Notes: generated from the letters alone by a model not told the origin. 64,000 bases of DNA from Eledone cirrhosa (GCA_964016885.1 OZ024744.1:88040001-88104000); one strand, 5' to 3'; positions 1-14,401 are shown, counted from the stretch's first letter. Numbers and translations: made by a program.

Positions 1-207
1 GCTCCGAAGGAGCATAGAGTGCTCAACCGGCTTACCGCCTATGGAAGCATCCAAATAACCTTACCACAAATATATATAAATATATATCTTAATTTTAAAA
101 GTTGCCTGACATTCCGCTAAGCGTGTACTCTACAGTACTTCAATTCATGTCTATTCTCTCTCTATCTACCTTTTATTCTCTCTATCTCTCTCTCCCTCTC
201 TCTCTCA

Positions 208-241
<34 letters not shown>

Positions 242-242
242 C

Positions 243-1100
243 TGTTATACTTTGGGAGGGTCATGTTGCCAATAAGAAACACACGCACCAATGCTTTCAC
301 TTCAATTTATTATAAATTTATAAATTTAGGAATTTATAAATTTCCGGTTGGTTGTTTGGTTCCACAACCAGATGGTTGTTTATATATTGTCAAAGTTCTT
401 TCGTCACACATTCTGTGACCTCTTCAGTGACTGGGGATTATTTTCTTTGTTTTTGTGCGACCTTCAAGATAGTAAAGAATCATCTGTACTTTACCAACAT
501 GCTAAAATAGAACATAAGGGTAAATTAGAGAACATAGAAATAAAAATAGAATCTACACACAGAAAAGACGCAATGTTTAGACAAATCACAGAGGCAATAA
601 ACATAAAAGAATTACAACCAAAATTAAATAGAAAACATGAGTGGAACAGCAACATCACAGCTTACAATTAAGGACAAAATGAAAACACACACGCACATAG
701 AACAAACAACCAACCTGTAACATATAAATAAACAAATAAATAAACGAATATAAACACACACAGACACACGGATGTGGCGCATGCGCAGACTGAGCACACA
801 ACAAAATGGCGTAGGACAGAACAAAGGAGAGGCACAAAAACAAAGAAAAGAATCCCCAGTCACTGAAGAGGTCACAGAATGTGTGACGAAAGAACTTTGA
901 CAATATATAAACAACCATCTGGTTGTGGAACCAACCAACCAACCAACCGGAAATTTATAAATTTATAATAATAAATCGAAGTGAAAGTTACTGGTGCGTG
1001 TGTTTCTTATTGGCAACATGACCCTCCCAAAGTATAACAATATCGGTTTCAACACACGTTTTCAGATAAAGAATCTTGCTAAACAAATTCAGAAACGAAA
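243..1100 (+). mobile_element. 5'-truncated Penelope-like element (family A): inverted pLTR (243-460), GIY-YIG C-terminal remnant, sense pLTR (830-1042) and tail
   Basis: ~215-bp inverted arms. The spacer translates SVLYQHAKIEHKG..IESTHRKDAMFRQITEAINIKELQPKLNRKHEW, the E-A-x-x-I...P-x-L-N motif of PLE GIY-YIG ends. Hammerhead motif in the arms; (TA)n on both flanks. Confidence 0.85.
859..901 (+). ncRNA. Minimal type I hammerhead ribozyme motif (PLE family A); antisense copy at 389-431
   Basis: GUCA-CUGAAGA-G-[GUCACA gaaug UGUGAC]-GAAA-G-AA-CU-U/UGAC. Stem I GUCA/UGAC, 6-bp stem II, vestigial stem III, CUU cleavage triplet. Confidence 0.7.
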
Positions 1101-1102
1101 TA

Positions 1103-1245
<143 letters not shown>

Positions 1246-1639
1246 GTAGAATACACGCTTAGTGTAATATCAGGCAACATTTAAATTTGAGAGAGCGAGA
1301 GAGAAAGAAAATGAGAGAGAGAGGAACGAACGCTGGAGAGCGTGGAAGCATAGACAGACATACATAAACATAAACACATAGATATACGCACATATACGTA
1401 CGCAAACACACATATGCATACAAATGCATACACACATATTCACGAATACAGGTACGCAAAATGAATGTCGTTTGCTGAGCGTTTGTACAACATAGAGAGA
1501 CACTCAGTTCAGTTTGTCGACTAATAGAATGAACTCGAAAGATAATGAACACAACCACAAGGATATGGTGCGAATGTGGAAGAGCCGAACTGCTACTGTC
1601 ATCACCTCCATCTCTCTTGCCCTCCCCATCTCTCTGTAT

Positions 1640-1835
1640 GGTGAGCAAATGGGGTCCCACTTGCTGTACTCCCCACAGCCCAGGCGGACAGAATGGAGAA
1701 GGCTTTTCCCTTGAGGATGGTAAGGGAGATGCGCTGGAAGAGCCATTCCAACTCGCGAGGATCACACCTGCTGCTGGCCACTCCGCGCCTATGCTGGTGA
1801 GCAGGGAGGTGGCCCTAGGGCCAAGGACACCAGTA
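1640..1835 (-). mobile_element. CRE-like non-LTR retrotransposon, 3' fragment
   Basis: Minus strand reads GRGVASSRCDPRELEWLFQRISLTILKGKAFSIL, matching the RE..WL.QR.S..I.RGNA C-terminus seen in the copies at 2.4-3.2 kb and 28 kb. Confidence 0.65.
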
Positions 1836-1929
1836 CTTTTTACATATTCTTCGTTTTGTTTTTTATTTTAATTTTAGGTATGGAATAAACATACATGAAA
1901 ATGTTATTTTTTTTATAATTTATTATTTT

Positions 1930-2115
1930 ATGGCAGTATCGGTAGAGCGTCGGACACCATGCTTTGCAGCATAGAGTTACATCCCTTTATACGCTCTGAG
2001 TTCAAGTCCTGCCGAAGTTAACTTTGCCTTTCATCCTTACGGGATCGATAAGATAATGTACCAGTAATGCAATGGGATAATTGCTGGCCTTGTGCCAAAA
2101 GTAGAAACAATTATT
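1930..2115 (+). mobile_element. tRNA-derived SINE (octopus-type)
   Basis: A-box-like tggcagtatcgg and B-box-like gagttcaagtcc, body tttgcctttcatcc...gtaccagta...ggccttgtgcc, attatt tail. Many copies in the window. Confidence 0.85.
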
Positions 2116-2415
2116 AATTTTATTTGTTTTTGTTTGTTTTTTTTTGTTATTTTTTGTTTGTTTGTTTGTTTGTTTGTTTGTTTGTTTGTTTGTTTGTTTG
2201 TTTGTTTGTTTTTTGTAAATTAGCATAATCGAGGTGTGATATATTTTACTTTCCATATTGAAAATACAGTTCTTCCTTAATGTTTTTGAGGGAATCAAAA
2301 ATAAAATATGTCTTACAAAGTCTATTTTCATCGACTCGGGAAATTAGAAAACCAGTTACCATTATCGAGAAACAACAGCTGAAATTGGTACCTCTCCACA
2401 TTCACAGGTGTGACA

Positions 2416-3210
2416 GAAGAATTGGAAGGCAAGAGAGGGGGGGGGGGACTCTGGTCGTAGGACGTGGCGTGGCGGTTTTGGGCCTGCGTCTCGCAGACAA
2501 TGGCCAGCGACACACCTCTGCAACAGTCACCCAACCTCACGGGGCTCCTTCTTCAGACGGGCTGCCGACGTTCCGATCTTGCGGAGGAGCTCGGCAGAAC
2601 GTGATCTGAGGACGTCTGAGGTCTCGAGGGTTACTGGTGCGAAGAGGAAGCGGCCGGACAATCATAGGTATTTATTGCTCTTCCTTTCCTCTGTATTGCG
2701 GGTCGCAGTACTGGAGTTTGTGGCCGAAGTGACTAAGTTGGAGGCGGAGTGCGTATCACACCATGTGGCGTCTTAGATGAGGGATCTACCTCCTTCGAAT
2801 AGGAAGAGGGTGATTCCGATTAAGGCTTGCTGGCTCCAGTTGTTGTGATAGTAAGCCAGTTGCGTCCAGGCTCCTTCTTAATATGTCGTTGAGAGTGGCA
2901 TGTCGGGGGAAAATCCAGCCCGCGCTCTGGTGGTATGGAAGTGGGTGCTGGCCAAACAAGCCAACGACAGACCCGCAACGGCACTTGTGGCTCATATAGG
3001 CGGAGACAGTAGCGTTGTACCATTCCGATGGTAGTGCACGCGTCATCAAGAAGGGTAACGGTTGATGATGAGGAGGGCACAGAATTGAGCTGTTTGGCTC
3101 TAAAGCGGCGCAGCGTAGGTAGGGGAGTCGGTGTTCGTCCAAAGCCAGACTCGATCCGTCTGCGTTTGATGTCGTCCCGGTTGCGTTGGAAATTTGAATA
3201 CTGTCCAGTC
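2416..3210 (-). mobile_element. CRE-like non-LTR retrotransposon, decayed 3' part (zinc finger plus restriction-like endonuclease)
   Basis: HKCRCGSVVG.FGQHPL...RHATLNDILRRSL...EP, then frameshifted GRSL..DAT and F.FAPVTLETSDVL segments. Confidence 0.75.
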
Positions 3211-3849
3211 GGCAAGAGTTTGTCATACACTCACACACACACAGACACACACACGAACACACTCACACACAAACACACTCACACACACATACACTCACAC
3301 ACAGTCACATACACATACACTCACACATACATACACTTAGACACATTCACACACAGAAACACTCACACACATACACTCATACACTCATACATACATACTC
3401 ATACCCAAGCACACTCACATGCAAAAACACTCAGACACGCATACACTCACACCCACCTACACTCACACACACATACAGTCCCACACACATACCCTCACAC
3501 ACACCTACACTCACACACACCTACACTCACACACACACATACACTCACAGAAGTGTATCCATTCTAAGGACACTAGTTAAAAATATTTATTATAAACACA
3601 CTACTACTTTGACACTAAACTCCGCCAGTTTCAGACTGCACATTAACATGAGATATTTTTCTCCACAAACCCTCGATCACCAATAGCAGAGTTTAAAGAG
3701 CAAATCCATAAGATGACATTATCAAGTCATCGTTTTGTCTGCCGGCTTCTGCTTCTCTTACCAGCTAACCTTCTTTCCAGACATCATGAGACTTATGATT
3801 GGCAAGTGGCTCACTGACCGTAACTGTATCAGTGAGCTGCTCAATATTA

Positions 3850-4182
3850 CCAGACCAATTATATCAATTGTCAAATCAAGAGTACTCAAACTATACCACT
3901 CAACTCGTGCTGCGAGTAGGTTATATCTAACATTGTACGTAAAAGAAGATTAAGATTTGCTAGCCACTGTCATCGTGCCACTGCCATCGTGCCACCTCTG
4001 AGGCTGTGTCCTCACAAGTGCTTTGGAAACAACAAGCAGTCACTAATAACAGCGGGCGCAAGCTCTCCTATCCCGATGTCATCTCAAAGATTCGTGTATT
4101 GAAATCCAGGACTTAAGGAACGGCAATGAACGACAAACCCACGTGGAGATCAATTGTTGAGTTGATTTCGGCCGAGGCCGCC

Positions 4183-4223
<41 letters not shown>
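3850..4223 (+). mobile_element. RTE-like LINE 3' fragment with (TGA)n tail
   Basis: LRFASHCHRA...VLWKQ...GRKLSYPDVISKD..AMND...WR pattern, followed directly by (GAT)n. Confidence 0.6.
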
Positions 4224-4225
<2 letters not shown>

Positions 4226-4376
4226 ATATATACTCATTGAGACAGTAGTGGTAAACACTTTACTCTCTATATACACATATTTATTTATCGTATATTTAAC
4301 AAAATTGAACTAATAAAATAGAATCCCTGTGAGCTACTATAGATGATTACTGCATAAGGGTTTCAATTCTACATCT

Positions 4377-4408
<32 letters not shown>

Positions 4409-4850
4409 TTCTATCGCTCTCGTTCTCTCTCTTGGCATGTCTCTGTTTATCTCTTACTATTCTTCATTCTCTTTATTTCTCCCCGTCCCCCTCTCTCTTC
4501 CTCTCTCGCTCTCTTTCGCATGCTGTTACATATCTGTCTTTGCCTCTGCTCCCCACTCTATTTTTTCTCTCTCATCGCCCTTTCTCACATCTTTCTCTCT
4601 CGTACTCTCTCGTACTATCTCTTTCTTTCCCTCTCTTTCTGTTTCCTACTATTTCAGCAATTAGGAGATCGATATACCTAACAGATAAATGCTATCGGCC
4701 TCAACACAAAAAGGTGGGAAACAATATACATACATATATATATAGGTGCGTGTGCGTGTCTGTGTGTCTGTGTGTGCGTGTGTGCGTGTGTGTGTGTGTG
4801 TGTGTGCGTGTGTGTGCGCGCATGCGTGTGTGTGTATGTGTGTGTGTGTG

Positions 4851-4881
<31 letters not shown>

Positions 4882-5319
4882 TTGACTATGCTAATTTTAG
4901 GTTTAATCAATACATATAAAATATATATCACTAAGGTTTCTCAGTTGAAAGCAAAATAAATTTCATTTCAGAGCATCAATCACAACAGGATATATCTATT
5001 GTGAACCAGCTAGCATATTGTAGATATGTACAGAATAAATAATATGTAAATAAATATACATACTTCACGATGTTATAATAGCCTAGAATCCCCTAGACAG
5101 GCCTGTTATTGGAAAGCGAAAATAGAAAAGTCTAAATGGAGAATGGAAACCTTCTATCTCAGTGATTAGTATCAATCACCAATTATCAATTTTGGTAATA
5201 CGCCTCCTAAGACCTTGATGTCCTTCATTTGAAAAGCAGATTCCTAAATTTTTTACTGAGGAAGAGGGGCATTTCTTCGTTATAATTTTGTATGATGTAG
5301 ATTTCTCAAGTTCCATAAT

Positions 5320-5490
5320 AATAGTTTCTACTTTGGGAATAAGGCCATCAATTACCCAAGTGTATTACTGGTGATTTATTTTATCGACCCCGTCAGGATG
5401 AAAGGCAAAGTTATCCTCGGAAGGACTTGAACTAAGAATATAAAGAGTCATAACTCTATGCTGTAAAGCATGGTGCCTTGTGCTCTAGTG
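5320..5490 (-). mobile_element. tRNA-derived SINE
   Basis: Homologous to the 9442-9629 copy (ttttatcgacccc..ggatgaaaggcaaagtt). Confidence 0.8.
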
Positions 5491-5494
5491 TCCT

Positions 5495-8400
5495 GGTTCA
5501 TGCGGGATGCCCTTCAACGTCTCTAATTTGTGCAGTCAATACATACAACAAGAGAGTCAATACATACAACAAGGACGAGAGGGGACAGCCCTGGCGGACC
5601 GAACACATGATGTTGAACGATTCCGAGAGGTGACCGTTTAATCTGACTACAGAGTAGATGTCACTATGCATAGCAACTATCCATCCTCTGAAAACCGGCC
5701 GAAACCTGCTGCTTTGAAGATCGTCGCCAGGGACCCTATCAAATGCTTTGGATTGATCCAAGTTGATAAGTGCCCCATCCGTGTCAGGTTCTTTAGCTAC
5801 CCTCTCTATGGTATATCGCATGAGATGGAGGTTGTTGTGGATGGATCTCTTTGGAATAATACATGTCTGTGCTTCCCCTACACAACCATCAACGACAAGT
5901 GCAAACTCGTTGCTAACACCTTAACCAAAATTTTGAAATCTGCATTTAGCACAGATATGGGCCTAAAATTATTTATATTTCCCCCTTTTTCAGGTCTTGT
6001 CTCAGCAGTGCTACTACTCCACAATTCACAGAACTGAGGATTCTCCCATTCTATTGCCAGTTGCGGAAGACGTCTGCCAAGATGTCACAAAACAAGCCTG
6101 GTGTGTAAACAAAGTTCGTAGGGCAGACCATCTAATCGCTAATGCATCCTATATCTCAACAGCTGTTACTGGCTTTTCGTAAGCCGTCGAGATAGGTTGT
6201 GAAGTCCACCCCACATCCGGCTCGCCACCGCTCCCGAATAGTCGGGCAAAGTGTTGCTGAAAAGTTGCACACATCTGCTTGGGATCGAGTATCATGCGCC
6301 CTCGTAGTATTCCAGAGATCGAATTGTGGCTTTGTTGCGACGGTGTGCCTCAGCCACATGGGCCCATTGAACGGCTTTCATCCCGTCAGGCCTAAGAGCA
6401 CGCGCCTTAGCTCTGTCAAAGCATTGGAGAATCAAGAACTTCGTTTACGATACCTTTGTTAATTGCCTCTTCTAGTTTTTTCACTAGCTCCCTCTCTAAT
6501 TTTATTATTTGCTCTATTGATATATCTTTGCTAAATCTTATTGATTCTACTTCAATTGCTCTTTTCAGGGCATACCACCACTCTTGTTGACGATTGCTCC
6601 TGTCAATGCCCGCTTAACTAAAACGCTAATCCGGTCTCTGTAGGCTTTGCGTATTGGGAATGAGGCGTTTAGCTTCCAGTAACCGGGTCCTTGCCTATGG
6701 AGCCTATCTAGATGTACTATACGTCACAAATTTGTCGTCTGTGTACTCAACTGTTTGAAATTGTGGACAACTTATGCTATCCCTGTCTACTTCCATACAG
6801 AATACCCCATCTAGATAGGAACTGGATGACCCGATGCGATTTGTCCATGTCCACATTGGGGCATTCGGAAAATCCAGTCGGTATCTGTCAAACAGTTGGA
6901 AGTGTCTGAGCAGATTTGCGAGGCTTTTACATCCTTCTGCCCTATCCGTTAGTCCCACACAATCCCAGCGTGCTTCTAAAATACACATCCAGTCGCCTAA
7001 AGATCGAGATGTTCCCAGAAAGTTTTCCAGACGTCTGAAGAAATCAGTTTGTCCTTCCCCTGTTGGAGCATAGACGGCCACTAACCTGAAGGTGTGCCTG
7101 TGTCCATGGGTCACGTCAAACACCACCAATTTACCCTCTGGGTCCAGGAAGATGGTCCGTATTGTGAGATCCATGCCTTTCCGAAACAACACGGCAACTC
7201 CGCCCCAGATCCTGGACGGCTTAGAGATGCGTACACCTCGTAGCCAGCTAAATGGGTGCAAAGGTTCGTGCGTCGGAAACTCTGGTCGCGCTAATGGCCA
7301 CCACATCTATGTCCAGTGACCTGAGGTCATTGAGAAGGTGCCCCTGTTTCCAGGATGACCCCCAAGCCCCGTGCATTCACACAGCCTATTTTCAGTGAGC
7401 CCATGTTTGATTTAGAAGAGGAGAAAATGGGAAAGGCCACTTACCTTGGATTTGGGGAAGGAAGGATCCTTGTTTTTTGGGGTGGGGGGTTGCTCAAAAG
7501 CCGAAATGTCTGTGTAGATTCGTTTGGAGATTGTTCCCCTGAAGTCTCCAATCAAATCTGGGAATTTTGTTTTAAATGTGCGTATGTTTGTGATATTTTT
7601 TATTATTTGTATGTTTTTAGGTAATGCTACTTTTTCTGGTTTGGTAAAATCGTTTCGTGTGATTGTGGCGTAGTGTTGTAAGTAATTTAAAAGTTTTGTA
7701 TTGTTTGAGTCAATTGCTGTGTAGAATGTGATGTTTGTATCTTTTTGTTCTTGCGGGTATGGGTTAGGTTTTGCTTGAAATGTTGTTTGTGTGTGTGGTG
7801 ATTGTCGTGGTGTTGGCTGTGTGGGTCTTTGTGGTGGTGGTGGTGATGGGGGTGCGATTTTGGGGTGTGTTGTTTGCCTTTCAGCTTCTGGGATCTTTTT
7901 TTTTTTTTACTCTTTCGCCTCCTTTTTTTATTGAGGGCGAAGACGGAGAATGTTTTTTTTTTTGGGGGGGGGGGGGGGGGGAGAAAGGGGGAAAACACAC
8001 TATTTGCCACTTGTCGTCATATGTATCGTCGAGGAGTGGCATGTCTTCAATGGGTATTGGTGTTGTTGATGTTGTTGGTGACAGCTTTTTCTGTGTTGGA
8101 CTTGGCGGTGCCGGTGTTGCTGCTTCATTTAAATTATCTGTTGCTACTGGTGTTGATGTTGTTTTATTTAGTGTATGTATTCTAGTAGCAGTTGTTGTTG
8201 TGGGTTTTTGGTGTTGTTAGGAAAGGAGGTTTCTCTGTTTGTTTTTAGGGAAGGGCAGAGTGCTCTCATGTGTTTGTGGAGAGGCAGATATGACATCTAT
8301 CTTTTCGCCCTTCAATTTTTATGGGTAATATTATACCGCCTGAATGGTGTAGTTGTTCAGGGATGGCATTTACATTTTTTGTGTGGTTTGCAATAAAATT

Positions 8401-9150
8401 TCCTCTGCCATCCCCATCCTTGCTTATTTGGTAAACATGTGTTCTTCTTAATGTTTACCGTTACGGCGGCTAATAGCCAAGAAATGTCTATTTCCTGTGG
8501 TATTTGGTTTAATTGATTCTTACTAATCTCATTCCACACTAGAATGGGATTAGCAGAATTTCCTCACTTTGTAGGGGCTTGAGGGATTAAGGTTTTGCCT
8601 CTTCTTCGGTGTTAAATCTCACCTCCACCGTGCCAAAATCCCCGCCTCTTTTAATATAAATGTTTGGGGTCCAAACTGGCCCCAAATACTTTTGAATTTG
8701 AGCTTCTCTAACTCTTTCAATTTTATTACTTTTTAATCCAATAATACGGTATACCACAGTTCGACTAGCCGCATTTTGTATCATTTCCAGCGGAGTCTTG
8801 GGACGATATGGCCATTGCTTTCAACAAAACTCATTGCTTTTTCTATTTCATCTTCAGAAAAGTTTAGTTTTTTGAAGCATGACTTGATAACACCAGCGAA
8901 AGAAATGTTCTGGGTGCTATTGTTCAGTGTGGATTATGTTGTTGCTGTTCCTCCCTCCGGGATCGTTGCTACTGTTGTTGATGTTGTTGTTGTTGTTATT
9001 GCTGTGGTTTTCTTTGATACTGTTGCTGCTGTTGTTGTTGTGGATATTGTTGTTGTTATTGTCATTGTTATTGACAAATTTCAACTTTATCGCTGTTATT
9101 TTCGTTGTAGCTGTTGTTATTGATGGTGTTGTTTGTGTCGGAACCATTTG
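5495..9150 (-). mobile_element. Decayed Tx1/L1-like LINE: ORF1 remnant (~8200-9147) and ORF2 (ATG at 7404) with AP endonuclease and RT N-half; 3' end missing
   Basis: ORF2 starts MGSLKIGCVNARGLG; GGVAVLFRK, FRLVAVYAPT, WTWTN, LDQSKAFDRV and SVRQGCPLSSLLYVL motifs. ORF1 has a CxxC..H..C knuckle near 8255-8300. Many stops and frameshifts. Confidence 0.85.
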
Positions 9151-9319
9151 ACTGTTTTAAATCTGAAACAATATCGTTAATAACGATATTATTTTTTTAC
9201 TTTTTTTTTTTCATTCGAAATATATTCTTTTGTTTTTCCTTCGCTAGAACGCTGTCTTGTTGAACTGTTATCAACGTATTTCTCTCTCTATGTTGTATTA
9301 CATCTCTCTCCCTCCCTCT

Positions 9320-9390
<71 letters not shown>

Positions 9391-9441
9391 TCTCTCTCTC
9401 TCTCTCTCTCTCCTTCTAGTGGTACTTATGTTTGACATAAT

Positions 9442-9629
9442 TGTTTCTACATTTGGCACAAGGCCAGCAATTATCCCAGTGTATTACTGGTGCTTTATTT
9501 TATCGACCCCGTAAGGATGAAAGGCAAAGTTAACCTCGGCAGGATTTGAACTCAGACCATAAAGGGACGTAACTCTTTGCTGCAAAGCATGGCGTCCGAC
9601 CCTCTACCAATACTGCCAATCCACCGCCT
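9442..9629 (-). mobile_element. Full-length tRNA-derived SINE with 16-bp target-site duplication
   Basis: TSD ttatgtttgacataat at 9426-9441 and 9630-9645. Confidence 0.9.
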
Positions 9630-10059
9630 TTATGTTTGACATAATGATTGAAAAAACTTTTTCTTTGAAATTTTACAAAAGACGACACCCATATCTGGGT
9701 GTGTCGTAGTATTTACGAGTGTACCCCCTGTGTTAAGTGGGTCACTGTCTCTAAACTGTTAACAGGTTTAAAACTTGAATAAAAGGTTAGAAGATGTCGA
9801 AATAAATGTACACATTTGAAAAATCCTGGAACCGATATGAAGCATGGCTTCACCTTCACGTTATTTCATAACTGGAAGTATCATTGTTAAGAAGAAGTAA
9901 AAAAAAAATACACATATCTAGAAGTGATAGAAATATCTTGGACGTTATTTTGGTAAAGAATTGTGGCGTTATTTAGTGTCATTTTGAAAATTATTGAGGT
10001 TGGTGAACTTACGTTATTTCATAATTGGAAGACTCCTTGCTCAGAAGAAGAAAAATTAA

Positions 10060-10152
10060 TAATTGTTTCTACTTAGGTACAAGGCCAGCAATTACCCAGT
10101 GCATTACTGGTACTTTATTTTATCGACCCCGTAAGGATGAAAGGCAAAGTCA
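10060..10152 (-). mobile_element. SINE 3' half abutting the R4-like element
   Basis: Same SINE body, truncated after aaggcaaagt. Confidence 0.8.
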
Positions 10153-10154
10153 AT

Positions 10155-13100
10155 CCATAGTAGAATCAGCGGCTATGGGAGAGTATCCAGACAGAAAACT
10201 AACCGCTTAACAACATGATGGCACAAACAAGAAGTAAATCATACCGCATCGGTCGTGTCGCAGATTACCAAGGACCGCGTCCTTCGGCGATGAACCATAC
10301 CGAGGTCGAAAAATCAACAAATGGAACAACCCTCTCCCATACACCCCGCAGTGATGCTCATACCGAGGACAGACCTCACAATGAGCCACGGGGGGGGGGG
10401 GTACAACACCAAAGTATATGATAAAAAGCCACGACAAACATGGACCAGAGAGGAATACAAAGCAGTGAAGGCTGCGTAATATACTGCCATCCTGTTTCCG
10501 AGAGAGAACTCGTCAACGCAAGAAACCTATAGTATCTGGCGGAATTCCAACTCTAACTCCAGAGAATACATAAACATGAATAATTTAACTAATGTGAGAA
10601 GAGACATTATGAGGAGTAAAAGACTCACTGAATCAGAACTGGAAACCATCACATCAGAGATAATTAAGCAACATAACAACCCCAGTCAAGAAGGAGACCT
10701 GCATACAACAGAAGCAGGAGACGGTAAGGGTATTACTGAAACTACCACAGTCGAGAACCTCCCTGAACATGAACATGTAGGTGATGGCTCACTGGTTGAT
10801 GCTGCTGTCTGGACAATGAAGGGAGATATTCTGCATGAGAGGGAGATTCTAAAAATATAGGTCTTGATAGATCGGACAAAAGTGCAGAAAGTGCCCAAAG
10901 TCAGCAAAAGAAGAAGGTCAACCTTGCTAACAAAGCACTAGAGGTAATCAGAGGTGAACACGGAAAACCACTGACACTTGATGAGATTAATCAGCTGCTA
11001 TATGCCACAGCAACCGTGATTGCCGGCAAGCTGCACCCCAAAATACAAACAGGGAAAATAAACACAAAGGAAATACCGAAATGGTAGAGACAGCTGGAAA
11101 ATAAAATTACAGAGTTGAGGAGAGATGTCACTCTCGTATCCGAAATGGATAAGGGAACTGACATCAAGCTTTAAAAGCTGCCTAGGCTGAGAAAAAAATA
11201 CCAGGCCAACCGGACATCAGGCTGGAAAGAAATTGCTGAATCAATCAAGTAAAAGATACAGGAAAAGGCGCAGAGACTAAGAAAATGCAAACAAATAGCT
11301 AACTTCTTTAAACAAAAGAAAATCTTCGCCGACGATGCCAAAATAATTTACAGTGAGTTACGTAAGAAACATTTTGAAATAAGGGAACCATTTGATCTTG
11401 ATGAGGTTGACCACTTTTGGGCAAATATTTGGGAAAAAGCTCAAAACCACAACTCCAAAGTCACTTGGCTGGAACAATTGGAAATCCCTGCTTGCACCCA
11501 GCAATGGAATGAGATCATCTCACAAGAAATAAAAACAGCAGTCAGCCATGTTGGAAACTGGAAATCACCGGGTAGCGATGGCGTGCAGCATTTCTGGCTG
11601 AAACATCTGGATGTGCTCCATGAAACCTTGGCTGCTAAATTATCTAGGATTGTAGCAAACCCAAGAGAGGTCCCAAAGTGGATGACAGCTAGAATAGCGT
11701 ATCTTCTACCGAAGAATGAATGCACAGAAAATCCCTAAAAATAAACCAATTACATGTCTCCCAACAATGTACAAAGCACTCACATCAGTGATTACCAACA
11801 GGGGCTATAATTACCTCGTCTATGGAGATCTGTTGCCACCTGAACAAAATGGCTGTAAACGAGGGATTTATGGGTGTAAAGATCAGCTACTGATAAATAG
11901 ACTCATAACGGAAAACTGCAAACAGAAAAAGAAAAACCTGTCAATGGCCTGGATAGACTACAAAAAGGCCATCAACAGCGTACCTCTTTCATGGATCATA
12001 AAGACACTAGAAATGTATCACATAGCACCTGAGATCACAACTTTCCTCAGGGCAGTGATGATAGACTGGAAAACTACGATGGTCCTTCAACACCACAACG
12101 GACCACTGGAATCTAGATAGATCAAGATTAATCATGGAATATTCCAAGGCGACTCATTTCCCCCTTTGCTGTTCTGTATGTCACTTTCTCCGTTAAGTCA
12201 GTTACTGCGGAGGACAGGCTATGGAAATAAAATAGACAACAGGCACTACAGTCACCGTCTTTATATGGATGTTATCAAGCTATTTGGAAACAATGATACG
12301 CAATTGGAAGGTTTATTGCACATAGTGAAACAATTCAGGTATGACATCCATATGAAATTTGGACTGGACAAGTGTGCACAATCCACATTCTAGAGGGGTT
12401 GCGCTCTAACCATAAAGATATTGCCATAGATCAAAAAGCTACCATAAAGGAACTTAACAATGATGAGTTCTACAAATGTCTTGGGTTTAATGAAGGAGAT
12501 GGAATCCATCATGCAGGTATCAAGGAAAAGATACGGAAGGAGTACATAAGGAGAGTGAGACTGGTAACAAAAAGTGAGCTAAACTCCTGCAACAAGTTCA
12601 AAGCCATTAATAGTCTAGCAGTACCAGTTGTAACAGAAAGCTTTAACATCATAAACTGGAACCGGCAAGAACTACAAATGTTGGACACTAAGACAATGAA
12701 ACTATTGACAACGAAAAAAATGCATCAAGCTGATGTACAAAGGCTATATATCTCAAGGAGAGAAGAGGGACGGGGGCTCTGACAACTGGAAGCTGCATAC
12801 AAAATAGAAACCATTGAATTGGATAGCCACCGTCAGCACACCCGAGATGAATTCCTTATGCCTGTATTCAAGCATGAAAGAATTAAGAAACTGCACTCAA
12901 TAACAAAAGAAGCAAGCAAATTGAGGCAAAAACTGAACATGGAACAAGACATACCCGTAGAAAATCAACAACAGAGTGCTGCACAGCTAGCTATGACTGA
13001 AAATCAAAGCAAAGAAACTCCAAACAGAGGAACTAAACTGTGAATGGAAGGTAAAACCACTAAGTGGTAGATTCCCAGAACGACTTTCTGACAATGATAT

Positions 13101-13880
13101 CGATCAGCATGGTTCACTATTCTGGCTCAGAGGTGATGGTTTGAGACTGAGGGACTCTTAGTTGCTGCACAAAACCAATCTCAAAACACTCGGGCCTAAA
13201 GACACAGAATAGTGAAAGATGGGACTAGTCCTCTATGCAGAATAAGTTACAATACAAAGAAACGGTAGATCATGTTATGTCTGGGTGTCCGGAGCTGGCA
13301 AAACTAACTATATCGAAAGACCCAACCACATTGCCAAATATGTGCACTGGATGCTCTGCCGCTCTCTTGACATCGAAACTTATAACAAATGGTATGAACA
13401 TCAACCAAAAAGTCATGGAAAGGGGCAATATATCCATCTTGTGGGATATGCCTGTGATAACTGACAGAGAAATCATTGCCAAGAGACCAGATATCATCAT
13501 AAAAAACAAAATAGACCAGACATGTAGCCTTATAGATATTTCCATACCAGCTGACAAGAATACATCTGTAAAAACAATGGAAAATCTGTCAAACTTCAAA
13601 CACCTAGTATTTGAAATCAATCTCATGTGGAGGATGACCACAAACACTATCCCCGTGGTAATAGGAGCATCAGGATTAATACCCAAATCCTCAGACCTGA
13701 ACATTAGCGTCCTTCCATGTAGATCAGCAAATATAAGCTACAGAGATCGGGCTACTATTTCTTGCGCTATGAGTTCTCTCTCTATAATAAAAACATCTAT
13801 TGCCCTAGGTTCATGGTCTGAACTCGGCAATAGAGAAAGAGAACTGAGCTAAACAAAATAGCACAACAATAATAATAATA
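10155..13880 (+). mobile_element. Near-full-length decayed R4/Dong-clade non-LTR retrotransposon (RT plus restriction-like endonuclease)
   Basis: NWKSPGSDG, PITCLPTMYK, EQNGCKRG..GCKDQLLI, AWIDYKKA, GIFQGDSF, LYMDVIKLF, ETVDHVMSGC, ILWDMPVITD...KRPDIII, IPVVIGASG. Ends in an (AAT)n tract. Many stops. Confidence 0.88.
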
Positions 13881-14401
13881 CTGATGATGATGATGATGAT
13901 GATGATCACGAGGATAAGGATAATGATATGGATTTCTATTATTACATTATGTATATGTATTCGTATACTATAATTTATATATATATATGTGTGTGTGTGT
14001 GTATGCGTATGTATGTCTGCATATGTAAAAGTTTGTCAGTGTGTATGCATGTAGTGAGTACAGTCCGGAAATTTCGGCTCTCTTCAATTACGAATAATTC
14101 TTTTCCTTTATTTTATTTTATTTTATTTTATTTTTTGTTCTTCTAAAGAAGATTGCTACCTGCCCACAGGAAGACGGTTTGCAAAGAACCAAACGAGTTG
14201 TCCAAGTTGATATCTCCAAATACGAATGGAAAGAAATCTCAAATTGATATCGACTCACACTAGATGAAGAAAGAAAGGATTCCTAGCACGTCTATCTGTT
14301 CGCAGACATCTTTACCATCTCCATTCTTGATTAAAGTAATAGTTAATCTTTGGAATGGCGGGAGTTGTCATCCAATTTTTCTCTTATGATTTCTTGTATA
14401 T

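Noticed and set aside
1930-2015. tRNA gene suggested by A/B-box-like motifs
   Set aside because: No cloverleaf; it is the head of a multi-copy SINE.
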